In this document: positions 27,199 through 37,353 of the stretch, piece by piece
Layout of the letters: each line of letters begins with the position of its first letter
Numbering within the stretch: the first letter of the stretch is position 1
IMG/VR virus record: IMGVR_UViG_3300012988_000001
Span: 302,161 to 366,160 of that record
Length of the DNA stretch: 64,000 nucleotides
Reading direction: 5' to 3' (one strand)
The notes under the pieces: model-generated
The model's input: the letters and a program-made list of their open reading frames with translations, nothing else
Database searches by the model: none
Told to the model about the DNA's origin: nothing
Program-made: the position numbers and the translations under genes

Positions 27199-27873
27199 AT
27201 GAATAAGTACACTATCTCTTTCACTTGCGATAAAAAGCACGTACTACTGAACAACTATGATCATTTTGATTCTATGTTCGAAATGTTCCTTGAGTTATTA
27301 GAAGAAGCCTTTGAAAATAAATGGGTGGTGTGTGACGCTGAATTACGTTATTGTGGCATAAGCATTTCTAATGATATAGTTAATATCATTAAGATTGGTA
27401 CTGTCATTGCGAACTTCAGTATTATGGTTTCTGATCCTAATAATCAGGGTGTTTTTATGCTGTACCCACTCAGCACTTATGTCGTTGGTGTTCGCGAATT
27501 CAAGATTGACAGTGAAGAGGTTAAAATTCACATTGTTGGCAATCGCAGTAATTCTTATAATGTATTTCCTCTTTCCATCTTCACTTGCAACTTGAAGCCT
27601 TACTTCAAACAGTGGGGTGATATGGTAGAGAAAGCACAACAGAAAGTACAGAGCCTGATGAAAGCAGCTAAAGAGCACAAGAATGTGTGTCATGATCATG
27701 CGATCAATTCAGTACTGCAAAATGATATCAAACTTGTTGACATGAATTGGACGATGCAGTATAATCTTCACAACGAGTTGAAAGAAGCGATTGAACTTCT
27801 TGAAACAAACCCAAGTGAATCCAAGCGTCTACTAATGATGATGGACTACATGCTCTCTAAGGGGAAAAAGTAA
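27199..27873 (+). CDS. hypothetical protein, paralogue of 27873..28508
   Basis: shared LxNYxHFxxMFExFLE..E.A and IGxxIAxFxIM. Confidence 0.8.
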   Translation: MNKYTISFTCDKKHVLLNNYDHFDSMFEMFLELLEEAFENKWVVCDAELRYCGISISNDIVNIIKIGTVIANFSIMVSDPNNQGVFMLYPLSTYVVGVREFKIDSEEVKIHIVGNRSNSYNVFPLSIFTCNLKPYFKQWGDMVEKAQQKVQSLMKAAKEHKNVCHDHAINSVLQNDIKLVDMNWTMQYNLHNELKEAIELLETNPSESKRLLMMMDYMLSKGKK

Positions 27874-28508
27874 TGAACAATTACTCAATTGCAATGAAAA
27901 TAAACAACCATCAAGTTACACTGGATAACTACGCACACTTTGGTACTATGTTTGAAGTATTTCTTGAGTACATTGAAAAGGCTTATCTGGCGAAGCACCC
28001 AATCGATGATGTGGTGTTGTGCTATAAAGATGCAATCCTTGCAACTGATGTAGCCTCTCTAATTCGCATTGGGTCTTCTATTGCTGGGTTTGATATTATG
28101 TTCACCGATCCAACAACAGGCTATTGTATTACGGCTGTCCCACTTTCAGTACTGCTGAATAGTCCAGACACGATTCGCCTACCGGGTAAGACCATCAATG
28201 TTAATATTGTTGGTAAACGCCAACAAATGTACGATTTGTTACCTAATGCTATGTTGGTTTCTAATATGCCAATGGTATTCTCAAATTGGGCTTCACTCGT
28301 CAAAGATGCACAGTGTGTGGTGACGACCGTCTACGATCTCCCAGACATTGACGCAGTGTTAGAACCTGTTGACACCGAATGGATGTTAGGGTATTATGTA
28401 CGCAATGAACTCAAGCAGATTAAAGAATTGCTTGAAACTGATCTCCAAGAAGCTAAGAAGCGTATTAGCGTCATGGAATACATGATTAACTCAAAGGTGA
28501 AAATCTAA
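27873..28508 (+). CDS. hypothetical protein, tandem paralogue
   Basis: similarity along whole length to upstream ORF. Confidence 0.8.
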   Translation: MNNYSIAMKINNHQVTLDNYAHFGTMFEVFLEYIEKAYLAKHPIDDVVLCYKDAILATDVASLIRIGSSIAGFDIMFTDPTTGYCITAVPLSVLLNSPDTIRLPGKTINVNIVGKRQQMYDLLPNAMLVSNMPMVFSNWASLVKDAQCVVTTVYDLPDIDAVLEPVDTEWMLGYYVRNELKQIKELLETDLQEAKKRISVMEYMINSKVKI

Positions 28509-28798
28509 TGAAAGACGGTCTGATCATTCGTACTGAACAATCTATTCCTTCACTCAAACTCAAGTTACCTGAAGGGCTTGATGAAAGTGAATATATGCGT
28601 CGGGAACAACAGATCGTCTATTTGTTTGAACGTGTATATCGCCAGCATGGGGTAGAACTAAAGTTTAGCGAAAACGAGTACTTTAACTTTACCATTCGTA
28701 CAATGAACTATGATGGTGAATGCAAAACGGAACTTCTTCTCGAAGCATATAAACACTTCGAAGAGATTCGTAAAATACTTAATCTTGAAGTAGCTTAA
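28508..28798 (+). CDS. hypothetical protein
   Basis: coupled. Confidence 0.75.
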   Translation: MKDGLIIRTEQSIPSLKLKLPEGLDESEYMRREQQIVYLFERVYRQHGVELKFSENEYFNFTIRTMNYDGECKTELLLEAYKHFEEIRKILNLEVA

Positions 28799-28808
28799 GG
28801 GGAATACT

Positions 28809-29402
28809 ATGTTAGTATCGTTGAAGACCAACCACGAAGAGTACAATAAAGAAACTCACTTTCACGGTTGTCGCGAAGAGGTTGAAGTAAGTGATGATGG
28901 TTTGGTATTCATCAAAACCTATGCCGACACCAGCCATGAATGGTGGGCGGCCTTTGCCGAAAATGGTGCTGAAATCTTAGTTGATGCTAAGGAAGAAGTA
29001 CAGAAGGGTGTATGGATTACTCTCGGTGGTAACTTCCATTCAGATATCGCAGATTGTATCAACCTCAAGAACAACCATAGTCTGTGGTTTGTTAGTTCTG
29101 ATGGTGTTCCAATTAGCGAACTCAAGGGTACACGTCCAGATCAGTTAGCGGAATACATGGTTTGTGATAATGTAGAACAAGCTCTTGAGTACTGGAAAGG
29201 TGCTGTTGAAAACCCTGATCACAAATACGTGATTGCTCTTATGCCTATCAAGAAATCGGATGAGCCTGAAACTGATGGCTGGCGTTGGCATAAGTGGGGT
29301 AAGTACATCGGTACTCAAAAACCACAATGCGAATATATGTTTGACGAGCCAGAGATCGAAATGGTATACTGTGCTCACATTTACAACGTAGAGGAAATCT
29401 AA
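28809..29402 (+). CDS. hypothetical protein, RWHK-motif family
   Basis: VCDNVEQAL...GWRWHKWGKYIG. Confidence 0.8.
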   Translation: MLVSLKTNHEEYNKETHFHGCREEVEVSDDGLVFIKTYADTSHEWWAAFAENGAEILVDAKEEVQKGVWITLGGNFHSDIADCINLKNNHSLWFVSSDGVPISELKGTRPDQLAEYMVCDNVEQALEYWKGAVENPDHKYVIALMPIKKSDEPETDGWRWHKWGKYIGTQKPQCEYMFDEPEIEMVYCAHIYNVEEI

Positions 29403-29403
29403 T

Positions 29404-30036
29404 ATGTCCGTACCATTATTCCACCCAAACAATACGTTCACCATTTACAAAAAGGATGAACAACTTAAGACCATTCACTTCAATGGTCATAAGGTTGGAC
29501 TGTATTACAAACTGTATTCCATCCTACGCAAGAAGCACAACTATCATCTAGGTACTTCTACGGTTCTTTCTTTAACTAATCGTGTCCTCATGACTGGTAA
29601 CTTCTTTGATATTTTCGCGGCATTAATCGCTGATCTCAAAGACGAACACAAGTACTCAATCATTTCTTCTAATTCGGACAATGGTGAAGTGTATCACTGG
29701 TGTGATGATAAAACACGAGTGGTGGAACAGTTGCAATACTTAAAAGAGAAGTACACTCGTAGTGGTGATCCTCGCTTGTTCGCAACTGTAGCTATTGATA
29801 ACAACGAAACTGGTGATACATACAACGCCAGCCTCGATGAACTAATTGAAATCTTCAGTACTAAAGAAGATGCCGATGAAGATACTGAATGTGAAGAAGC
29901 AGAGTTTGGTGTGTACCTTAGCTTCGAAGAAGTACTTGCTGATATGCGTCCGTTGATCATGAACGGTACTGACAAAGAGAAGATTGAAGCTAAAGCTATC
30001 TTGGCTTATGTAGCTACTAAACTAGCGGAGAAGTAA
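29404..30036 (+). CDS. hypothetical protein
   Basis: GAGG SD. Confidence 0.8.
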   Translation: MSVPLFHPNNTFTIYKKDEQLKTIHFNGHKVGLYYKLYSILRKKHNYHLGTSTVLSLTNRVLMTGNFFDIFAALIADLKDEHKYSIISSNSDNGEVYHWCDDKTRVVEQLQYLKEKYTRSGDPRLFATVAIDNNETGDTYNASLDELIEIFSTKEDADEDTECEEAEFGVYLSFEEVLADMRPLIMNGTDKEKIEAKAILAYVATKLAEK

Positions 30037-30038
30037 TC

Positions 30039-30254
30039 ATGACACTGGAAATGATTTCGTATCAGAATGGTGAAGCAGTATTAGTTTTCAAATACATCCG
30101 TGAACATGGTTTGGAGATTGATAGTGTACGCTTGATCGAAAGCGATACCAGTACTAATATCATGTTACTATACGTTTGGTGCAATGAGGAACAAAAGGAA
30201 GAACTTATCAGGCTCAAAAAGATTGATGAGAATTCTGGGACAAAAGTCGAATAA
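30039..30254 (+). CDS. hypothetical protein
   Basis: GGAG SD. Confidence 0.7.
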   Translation: MTLEMISYQNGEAVLVFKYIREHGLEIDSVRLIESDTSTNIMLLYVWCNEEQKEELIRLKKIDENSGTKVE

Positions 30255-30265
30255 TGTCCTATAAT
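30237..30265 (+). promoter_or_regulatory. class II promoter driving the large ncRNA
   Basis: GGGACA-N12-TGTCC-TATAAT. Confidence 0.75.
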
Positions 30266-30269
30266 ATGA

Positions 30270-30700
30270 TATAAACCGATTACAGGGAGCTTCGTGCTCC
30301 CTGCTGTTATTTCCTGATCCGTTGAAAACGTAAACGGCAGATGAGTAGAGAATCGCTACGCAGTGCAGATGAAACCCGCTAGGCGGCAATGTGGCACTCT
30401 AAACGAACACGAAAAGCACGTTAGTTCGCTCGATAGAACATATGAGAAACCCCTCACCAGATTGCTAAGGGAGTTTATTAAAGGATGAGTCACGCCTGTA
30501 ATAAACGCATTGCACAGTGGACTGTATCGCTGTACAATGTAGTGTAGTAAGACTACGACCGTTGCATAGAACAGAGATAGGAAGAAACAGGGCAACCCGC
30601 TTCCGTGTCGAAAGATAATTCTCTATACAGTAAGCCGATGCCACCAGCGTCAAACTTTCCTCCCTTCCCAGTGGGGGGATGAAATTGCCTCCACAAACCT
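30270..30700 (+). ncRNA. large (~430 nt) multi-helix RNA of unknown class
   Basis: own promoter, no credible ORF, at least 10 helices visible by eye incl. CAGGGAGC/GCTCCCTG, GTTTATTA/TAATAAAC, long-range GTGGCA/TGCCAC, GNRA loop. Confidence 0.7.
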
Positions 30701-30805
30701 CGTCAATATAAAAGGTTGACAGTACAGAAGAATTGAATTACAATGAACGTAGTGAAGTGTAATTCCGTTGCTATCGAAGATAGAAACGCTCATTAGGAGA
30801 ATGAA

Positions 30806-31669
30806 ATGATTAACCTTACAGTCCCATTAGATATCCCAATCAATCTATTAAGTGAAATATATCTTCCCTATGTGGATTGGACTAACGTTCCTGATCCAGA
30901 TATTCAATCCCTACCTACATCTTCATTGAAGTATGTCAGTACTAGGAAGTTACTCTCCACCTATCTCAATAACAAAAATGCTGGTATAAGTGATGAGGAT
31001 TTAATGTCAATCATTGTTCGGGACATGAAGATCCTCAACAATCAGTACGACTACACTAAAGACGCACGACTTGAAGAATTTTTGCATACATTTTGTACTG
31101 AAGAGTTCTTATCTAAGTATAACAAACAAATTTACGCTTTGTGTAAACTAAACAATACTTCCAAACGTTCGATTTCACTATTACTAACCTATGGTCTTCA
31201 ACCACTCCACAAATTAGTGGATTTTGGATTGTATGAAATACGTTGGAATGTACTTAATCGCCGTGAAGTACCTATGCAGCACCGCTACGAAATACTACGT
31301 AGTGGTTCATACATGGGATATATGATTGTGTATGATAAAGAGTTTGTTGAAATGGCTCCAGTACTGTATAGTGGTCAACTGGAATCGATGCCCTTCATGA
31401 TTCATGTACCATACAATTTCGATGATTATGCGATTTCACATATATTTCAAGGTAACACGGTAATGTTTCCTGGGATTGCTGATCGCCAAGATATCACATG
31501 GGATGAGCTAATAGATTTGTATCTTGCTGAAAAGATTCATTACAGTCAAATCGAAGCAGCGTGGGAGTACTTCTTACGTAATGGTGACTTTGATATTGAA
31601 GCATATGAAAACCGCATAAGTAGTATGATGCCTAACAATACAGTCTTTAAGAAGGAGGACTTCTTATGA
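30806..31669 (+). CDS. hypothetical protein
   Basis: AGGAG SD after TTGACA..TACAAT promoter. Confidence 0.8.
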   Translation: MINLTVPLDIPINLLSEIYLPYVDWTNVPDPDIQSLPTSSLKYVSTRKLLSTYLNNKNAGISDEDLMSIIVRDMKILNNQYDYTKDARLEEFLHTFCTEEFLSKYNKQIYALCKLNNTSKRSISLLLTYGLQPLHKLVDFGLYEIRWNVLNRREVPMQHRYEILRSGSYMGYMIVYDKEFVEMAPVLYSGQLESMPFMIHVPYNFDDYAISHIFQGNTVMFPGIADRQDITWDELIDLYLAEKIHYSQIEAAWEYFLRNGDFDIEAYENRISSMMPNNTVFKKEDFL

Positions 31670-31938
31670 TGTTGAATATCTTTATTGTACTAATCATGTA
31701 CATTCCGTTTTACGCAGCATTGATTCACAAACACAGTGGTTGGCTCACAGCTATCATGATGTTCTTGTGGTGTGCTGCAACTAGTTCAATGATGATTCTC
31801 TGCGTAGCGGTGGCATTCTTCTTAGAGATATCAGTACACCCTTCTACTTTAGCCGCTGTTGGTAGCATAGTGGGATGGGGTTCGATAAACTTCTTTATTG
31901 GCTTCAAGGTTGTATTGTCTGATAGGCTGAAAGATTAA
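31666..31938 (+). CDS. membrane protein
   Basis: three hydrophobic segments. Confidence 0.75.
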   Translation: MMLNIFIVLIMYIPFYAALIHKHSGWLTAIMMFLWCAATSSMMILCVAVAFFLEISVHPSTLAAVGSIVGWGSINFFIGFKVVLSDRLKD

Positions 31939-31939
31939 A

Positions 31940-31978
31940 AATAAAGGGTTGACTTAGGTCAGCCCTTTTTGCTATCAT
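31940..31978 (+). promoter_or_regulatory. class I terminator/promoter repeat
   Basis: near-identical to the 26688 copy incl. ATCTACATCGAAACGAAACAC leader. Confidence 0.85.
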
Positions 31979-32018
31979 ATCTACATCGAAACGAAACACA
32001 TTTTTAAGGAATTAAGTA

Positions 32019-32996
32019 ATGGCTAAGATCGCAAAAACTAAAACTGATAACATCGGTGGTGTACTGTACGAAGCATCACGCAAATCTAAGATTCGTAACC
32101 CACGTTTCAAAGCTGCGTTCATAGCTTCTATTCCACGTGAGAAGAACTATTCCAAAACTGTTCATGCTCTGATTCACCGTTACAAACAAACTGGTGAACT
32201 CAAATGTGAATGCTGTGGTGCTGATAATGTTTACTTCAAATTTCACAAAGAGAATGGTCGCGTAACATTCAAGGCATTTGTTAAAACCGATAAAGGTGAA
32301 CAGCCTATGACTGTGGACCACGATATGCTTAAGTCGTTGGGTGGTGCTGATGGTGTAAGCAATTACAATCCAATGTGCTATCGTTGTAACCAGCTTCGTG
32401 GTTCACGTTTTGCTGGCTTTAAAGAGTTTAAAGAATGGTATGATGCACAGGAATACATCGATACTATTGCTGGTCTTCCTGATGCAAACTTTTGTTTCAT
32501 TGATTATTCTCTGAACAAAAACAACAATCAATTCTTCAACAACGTTGTTGGTGCGAAAACATTACCACCACGGTTAGTACAGGCAATGAAGAAAACAATG
32601 CGTACTTCAGCACCAGAACCTTTCGCACATATTAGTATGAAAGAGATGATTAACCTTGATCGTGATTATGCCAACCAATTACTTAATGAACTGGTTTACG
32701 AGCGTAGTACTAAAGTTAACGGATGCCGGGATGTGCCAATGGGCGAGCATGATTTCTTCATTGGTTGTACCAGTGCTGATCATCGTAAGATTAAGACTTA
32801 CATTGAAGAACACGTTAAGGCACAACTGCGTAAGCATAAAGCAATGCAGCACAAGATTAATGTTGAAAAACATACTGGTGCTGGTTATAAAGACTTTACT
32901 GAAGAAGTTAAAATGAAAGTGAAAGAAGTTAACGAAGTCAATACGTCCTTTACGTTCAAATCTTTGTGGATTAAATTCACAAATATCTTTGCATAA
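32019..32996 (+). CDS. HNH nuclease-domain protein
   Basis: CECCG...MTVDHDMLKSLGGADGVSNYNPMCYRCNQLRG. Confidence 0.8.
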   Translation: MAKIAKTKTDNIGGVLYEASRKSKIRNPRFKAAFIASIPREKNYSKTVHALIHRYKQTGELKCECCGADNVYFKFHKENGRVTFKAFVKTDKGEQPMTVDHDMLKSLGGADGVSNYNPMCYRCNQLRGSRFAGFKEFKEWYDAQEYIDTIAGLPDANFCFIDYSLNKNNNQFFNNVVGAKTLPPRLVQAMKKTMRTSAPEPFAHISMKEMINLDRDYANQLLNELVYERSTKVNGCRDVPMGEHDFFIGCTSADHRKIKTYIEEHVKAQLRKHKAMQHKINVEKHTGAGYKDFTEEVKMKVKEVNEVNTSFTFKSLWIKFTNIFA

Positions 32997-33060
32997 CGCT
33001 TGACTGTCATCGGGAGTATTGATATAATACTCCCATACCAAACAAAGAGAGGAAATCAAA

Positions 33061-33327
33061 ATGTACGATAAAAATACACAAGGTTTTACTATCATTAATT
33101 TAAGTCATGAAAATGTCAAATTCGGTCAACAAATTGATGCATGTTTCCAATTTGAATTTCATGGTTATGAAATCTCAGTAAGTACTGGTGGTTCAGTACT
33201 GTCAGGTGCATGTCTGGTTGAACATCTGGTAACACGTCCAGATACTTCTACCTTCATTGTACGTGGTAGCGTTGAAGATGCAATCATGCAAGTACTGCAA
33301 GAAGTTAACAAAACTAAAGAGGCATAA
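33061..33327 (+). CDS. hypothetical protein
   Basis: GAGG SD; similar to 36444..36686 (F.FKGY.I.VST/KT.G). Confidence 0.75.
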   Translation: MYDKNTQGFTIINLSHENVKFGQQIDACFQFEFHGYEISVSTGGSVLSGACLVEHLVTRPDTSTFIVRGSVEDAIMQVLQEVNKTKEA

Positions 33328-33328
33328 C

Positions 33329-33646
33329 ATGAACTATCAACTCATTCTTACAGGACTGCGTGATTTGAAAGCTGGTCATCTGGAAGATGATAGCAAAGGT
33401 ATATGCTTCAACTTGGCGTGGAAAGTAGACGCGAAGCGTGGTGGAAGTGCAGAGTATTTCATTGAAGAATGCTTTATTCACATCTTTGGAAAACACGTGT
33501 GTTCACCAGTAGAAGGTGATCTCGTTTCTTATCTGAACAATGAACGTAAATGGGATAAAGAAACTGATTTTGGCTTGCGTCGTTACGATTTACTTGATAA
33601 AATGATCGCCTACGCAGAAGAACAACTCAACAAAGAGGAAGCATAA
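33329..33646 (+). CDS. hypothetical protein, paralogue of 34554..34874
   Basis: GICxNL...P(V/I)EGD...KWD..T..G..R..LLD.MI. Confidence 0.8.
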   Translation: MNYQLILTGLRDLKAGHLEDDSKGICFNLAWKVDAKRGGSAEYFIEECFIHIFGKHVCSPVEGDLVSYLNNERKWDKETDFGLRRYDLLDKMIAYAEEQLNKEEA

Positions 33647-33815
33647 CATGAAATTGTTAATCGTATTAGGTCTAATTTGTAGCATTGGTGCTGGTTTCTG
33701 GCTGGGTAAAGCAGTGTATCAGGTTAAACTCACGCCGGGTCAATGTCTGGACGCAACTACCCAAAGCATCGGTGAAAGTATCGATAACTTCATCGCGAAT
33801 ATCAAGGGGTAAGTC

Positions 33816-34205
33816 ATGAACTTCAACACGATTGTTAATTACAATACTAAGCTGTCAATCAAAGATTACCAGATTGAACATAGTGCAAATGAGTTAATAC
33901 TCAATCGCAATTGTGTAGTACTCGAACCTTCGCACAAATTAGGTGATGACTTCCATCTCATTACTGATGATCTATGTAATGCACGTGGTATGGTACGGTT
34001 TGAGTATAAAGGATGGGATGATGTAATTCGTCGTGTTGAAGGTCATGTTTGTTCTATACTTTCCCAAACTAAATTTGCGGCAGATGTAAAAATATGGACA
34101 GAAAAAAATGAGATGGTTTCCATATTTTTCTCTTCCGCTTGGAACATGAACGTGGTACAATTACCACCTACTTACACAGCACTGGAAGATAATCATGAAT
34201 TCTGA
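33816..34205 (+). CDS. hypothetical protein
   Basis: packed operon. Confidence 0.7.
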   Translation: MNFNTIVNYNTKLSIKDYQIEHSANELILNRNCVVLEPSHKLGDDFHLITDDLCNARGMVRFEYKGWDDVIRRVEGHVCSILSQTKFAADVKIWTEKNEMVSIFFSSAWNMNVVQLPPTYTALEDNHEF

Positions 34206-34554
34206 TTACCATAATCAACTTTCGGCTCTTAAAATGTATGAGGGGATTGAAAATATGAAAACTCAAGATACTGTAATTTACTACCAGACTCGTCGTAACG
34301 CAGACATGACCGAAGGCCGTGGTCCAATGGTCAATGACCGTGCGTTTGTACATCGTGAAGATGCAGCAAATTACATCGACAGTCGCAGTGGTTGTATGGG
34401 TCGTCGTGCTAAATGGTCTGAAGAAAAGTACGGCGATTGGGACATTCAAACTGTTCACGTACTAACTGGTCCATTTGATCCTGAAGCAGAAGCAAAAGCA
34501 AAAGCTCTAGCAAAACTCACCGCAGAAGAACGTAAACTTCTTGGTCTTGAATAA
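34195..34554 (+). CDS. hypothetical protein with NADxTEGRGP motif
   Basis: intact ORF; true start may be the internal MKTQ. Confidence 0.75.
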   Translation: MNSDYHNQLSALKMYEGIENMKTQDTVIYYQTRRNADMTEGRGPMVNDRAFVHREDAANYIDSRSGCMGRRAKWSEEKYGDWDIQTVHVLTGPFDPEAEAKAKALAKLTAEERKLLGLE

Positions 34555-34874
34555 TGGTTCTAAACAAGAAACAGAAGAAGAAGCTCGCCAAAGTACTCAC
34601 CGCTCTCCATGAACTAAAGAGCGGTGACCGCAACGAGAAACATGGTATCTGCAACAATTTGTACTTTAAGGTTGACAGTACTGATCTCGTTGAGCAATTC
34701 ATTGCATACTCCTTTGAATTGAAGTACGGTGATTCTGATATCCTATATCCAATTGAAGGTGATCGCCGTTTGCATTACTCGGATAATGGGAAATGGGATG
34801 GAAATACAGTGAATGGTGCTGCAAGGCTAAAACTTCTTGACTTCATGATTGAAACATGTGAGGGCTTACTATGA
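34554..34874 (+). CDS. hypothetical protein, paralogue of 33329..33646
   Basis: see paralogue. Confidence 0.8.
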   Translation: MVLNKKQKKKLAKVLTALHELKSGDRNEKHGICNNLYFKVDSTDLVEQFIAYSFELKYGDSDILYPIEGDRRLHYSDNGKWDGNTVNGAARLKLLDFMIETCEGLL

Positions 34875-35131
34875 AGTACTTAATGCTTGTACTTGCTGTC
34901 TTTGCTCTTAGTGGTTGCTATAAAGAAGAGGAAGTGATTGACGCTAAGTATCTTGCACTAAACAATTGTGAGTACACTGGTCAATCCTTTGAGGTCACTG
35001 AGCAAGTTTGGCATAGTGTGGGTCGTGGTGGTAGCTATGAGGATGTGAAGAAGCGTTATTATCTTTACGTCTGTTCTCCCGGAAACAAAAAGACCTTATC
35101 ACTTGTTCGCCTAGTATTCGACAAAGAGTAG
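34871..35131 (+). CDS. lipoprotein
   Basis: signal peptide with lipobox LSGC. Confidence 0.8.
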   Translation: MKYLMLVLAVFALSGCYKEEEVIDAKYLALNNCEYTGQSFEVTEQVWHSVGRGGSYEDVKKRYYLYVCSPGNKKTLSLVRLVFDKE

Positions 35132-35359
35132 TTGACACCTTAATGGGAGTATGTAATAATATTCCCATATTAATTTAAGAAGAGAGGAAACTATGGAACG
35201 CATTTATAAAAATGAATTCACTGGTTTAGTACGCAAGTTCAAAGGCAGCGAAGACAGCACAGGCTGGAACCTCCAAGATGATGGTTCATGGGTCAGTACT
35301 GGTATGACCGAGAAACAAGTGAAACGTCTTCCTTACTACAAACTTCAGGAGCAGAAATA

Positions 35360-35911
35360 ATGGCTGGTATCGAAAAAGTATGTGAACTGTCAGGTGACTA
35401 TCCGGGCTACCATATGTACGCCATGAAGCGTAACCACATTCAGGTTGTGCCAAAGTATCGGAAACTGTTCCGTGGTCACAAAGCTACTCTGTACATCTTC
35501 AAGGGTGAACTACAAATAGATGATGGAGACTGTCACTGGAAAGCAAACCTGAACTGCATTAACTCCCAGCCGACCGAAGCTGATTGGGATTCATATAATG
35601 CTGATCGTGCAGTACGCTACAAGAACGGCATCAAACAGGTTTACAGCGTCTTTTATGACAACCTAGACGAATACAAGGCTGAACTGCGTAAACGTGGTCA
35701 GCGGCTCGTACAGGAGTTTGAGTACGTTCTTGATGTACCTTCTCTTCCCGGTCAAGTAGATGGCCTGTACACTAACTACAGTCGGGATATCAGTACTGTA
35801 ATCCGTCGCCTGTCGCGTTTGGTTGGTCATCGCAACCTAACTATCAAGTACAAAGATGGTGATATGGGTGATTTCTGTGATTCACTGTACAGCGAAAGGG
35901 GTAAGAAATGA
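35360..35911 (+). CDS. hypothetical protein
   Basis: AGGAG SD at internal ATG; coupled to a 55-aa ORF upstream. Confidence 0.75.
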   Translation: MAGIEKVCELSGDYPGYHMYAMKRNHIQVVPKYRKLFRGHKATLYIFKGELQIDDGDCHWKANLNCINSQPTEADWDSYNADRAVRYKNGIKQVYSVFYDNLDEYKAELRKRGQRLVQEFEYVLDVPSLPGQVDGLYTNYSRDISTVIRRLSRLVGHRNLTIKYKDGDMGDFCDSLYSERGKK

Positions 35912-36159
35912 AAGCCTTAAAAGGTAAAGTGCTGACCTCCGTTGACGAAGGTTATAATGTAATGGTGTACTTGACACCAAAAGAGATTACAAGTAAACTG
36001 CTCGAATTGGAAACGTATTACACACGTGATGGGGAAGAATTGAGTACTGAACAAATTCTCACGAAACTAGCAGAAGTTGGTTACGTTTACTTATATACGA
36101 AAGATTATTACGATTATCTTTCCAACGATTGGGTTTATCGTGTGGAGACTCACAAATGA
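35908..36159 (+). CDS. hypothetical protein
   Basis: ATGA overlap. Confidence 0.7.
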   Translation: MKALKGKVLTSVDEGYNVMVYLTPKEITSKLLELETYYTRDGEELSTEQILTKLAEVGYVYLYTKDYYDYLSNDWVYRVETHK

Positions 36160-36443
36160 AATTCGTAATCGACTACACTAGCTTCAAGCTAAGTAAAGGT
36201 ACTGAAGCCATTCGCTGGACTGAACGTGCTGAATGGTTCTTCCGTGATCATAACTTGGAATACGAAATTGTTTTGCTGGACTTCTATAACGATCCACAAG
36301 TAAAATGCATTCAGTGGAGTGAAGAGTTGGTTGTTAACATTCCAATCCACACACTATCTGTACTTCAGAGCTACACCGAGATCTATAACTGTAAAATTAT
36401 TGTAGAAAAAGATCTTTACACTATAAAATTCAACGAGGTATAG
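36156..36443 (+). CDS. hypothetical protein
   Basis: GGAG SD, ATGA overlap. Confidence 0.7.
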   Translation: MKFVIDYTSFKLSKGTEAIRWTERAEWFFRDHNLEYEIVLLDFYNDPQVKCIQWSEELVVNIPIHTLSVLQSYTEIYNCKIIVEKDLYTIKFNEV

Positions 36444-36686
36444 ATGAAAGTTATTGACAAGAATCCGTACAGTAAACACTTTGAGCAGATTACAGAAGCT
36501 ATTGTAATCTTCGACTATAAAGGTTATACTATTGCTGTTAAAACAAATGGTACTGGCTCTCTTGGATTCGTAGGTGCAGAGCAAGAGTTCCACATTAATG
36601 ATGTATTCAAACAGCAATGGAATGGTAAAGGTTGCATTGCAGATGCAATCAAATTTATCCACAATTTAGAATCCTTGAAGGACTAA
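36444..36686 (+). CDS. hypothetical protein
   Basis: GAGG SD. Confidence 0.7.
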   Translation: MKVIDKNPYSKHFEQITEAIVIFDYKGYTIAVKTNGTGSLGFVGAEQEFHINDVFKQQWNGKGCIADAIKFIHNLESLKD

Positions 36687-36688
36687 TC

Positions 36689-37345
36689 ATGTTAAAAGAC
36701 CCTAACTTCAATGTAGCAGATTTGACCCTCCGCAATATGGAAAATGGTATGTCGTTTAGTGAATACTTTTTTACGAGTCCTATTGACGGTCGGGACATCC
36801 CTACTGTTGTTGGGGTCACTATCCCTACGCATACAAAGTGGGCTGAACACAGTAATAAAAATCCTGTGCGTATGATGTGTGCAGCAAAACACAGTACTGG
36901 TATCTATCTGGGATTTCCATTAGACCATACTATTGAGATGTTTAGTAGTACTGAAATTCTCTCTGACTTTGCCGACTTCGACTTGAGTACTGGTATGTGG
37001 TACACTATGGATGAATACCGTGAAAGTCTGAACCGTGAGGATTGGGATGATCGTAGCCCTCTGACGAGCGGTAAGCCTCGTCCTAGCCATAACGCGATGA
37101 CAACGGCATATGGCCTAGCTGATAACATTACTCAAGTCCTGAAGCATTACAGGAAGGTTGTGAGCCATCCTGATTATGATGTGGTTATGCACGTTCGCTT
37201 CCTCGATAAAGATAGCTGGGGTGGTATGCGTTGGCACAAACAAGGCAAGTACTTGGGTAACTTCAAGAAGAAGTGGGAATACATGCAGGATGAGGTTGGG
37301 CTGAATAGTCTTATCCAATTTCATTTCTATGTAATTAAGAATTAG
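36689..37345 (+). CDS. hypothetical protein, RWHK-motif family
   Basis: YGLADNITQVL...GGMRWHKQGKYLG. Confidence 0.8.
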   Translation: MLKDPNFNVADLTLRNMENGMSFSEYFFTSPIDGRDIPTVVGVTIPTHTKWAEHSNKNPVRMMCAAKHSTGIYLGFPLDHTIEMFSSTEILSDFADFDLSTGMWYTMDEYRESLNREDWDDRSPLTSGKPRPSHNAMTTAYGLADNITQVLKHYRKVVSHPDYDVVMHVRFLDKDSWGGMRWHKQGKYLGNFKKKWEYMQDEVGLNSLIQFHFYVIKN

Positions 37346-37353
37346 GAGATAAC

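Noticed and set aside
30270-30700. tmRNA, RNase P or group I intron identity for the large RNA
   Set aside because: TGCCACCA is not preceded by a T-arm, GAGGAAAGTCC is absent, AGACTAC has no matching TAGTC partner, and there are no flanking exons
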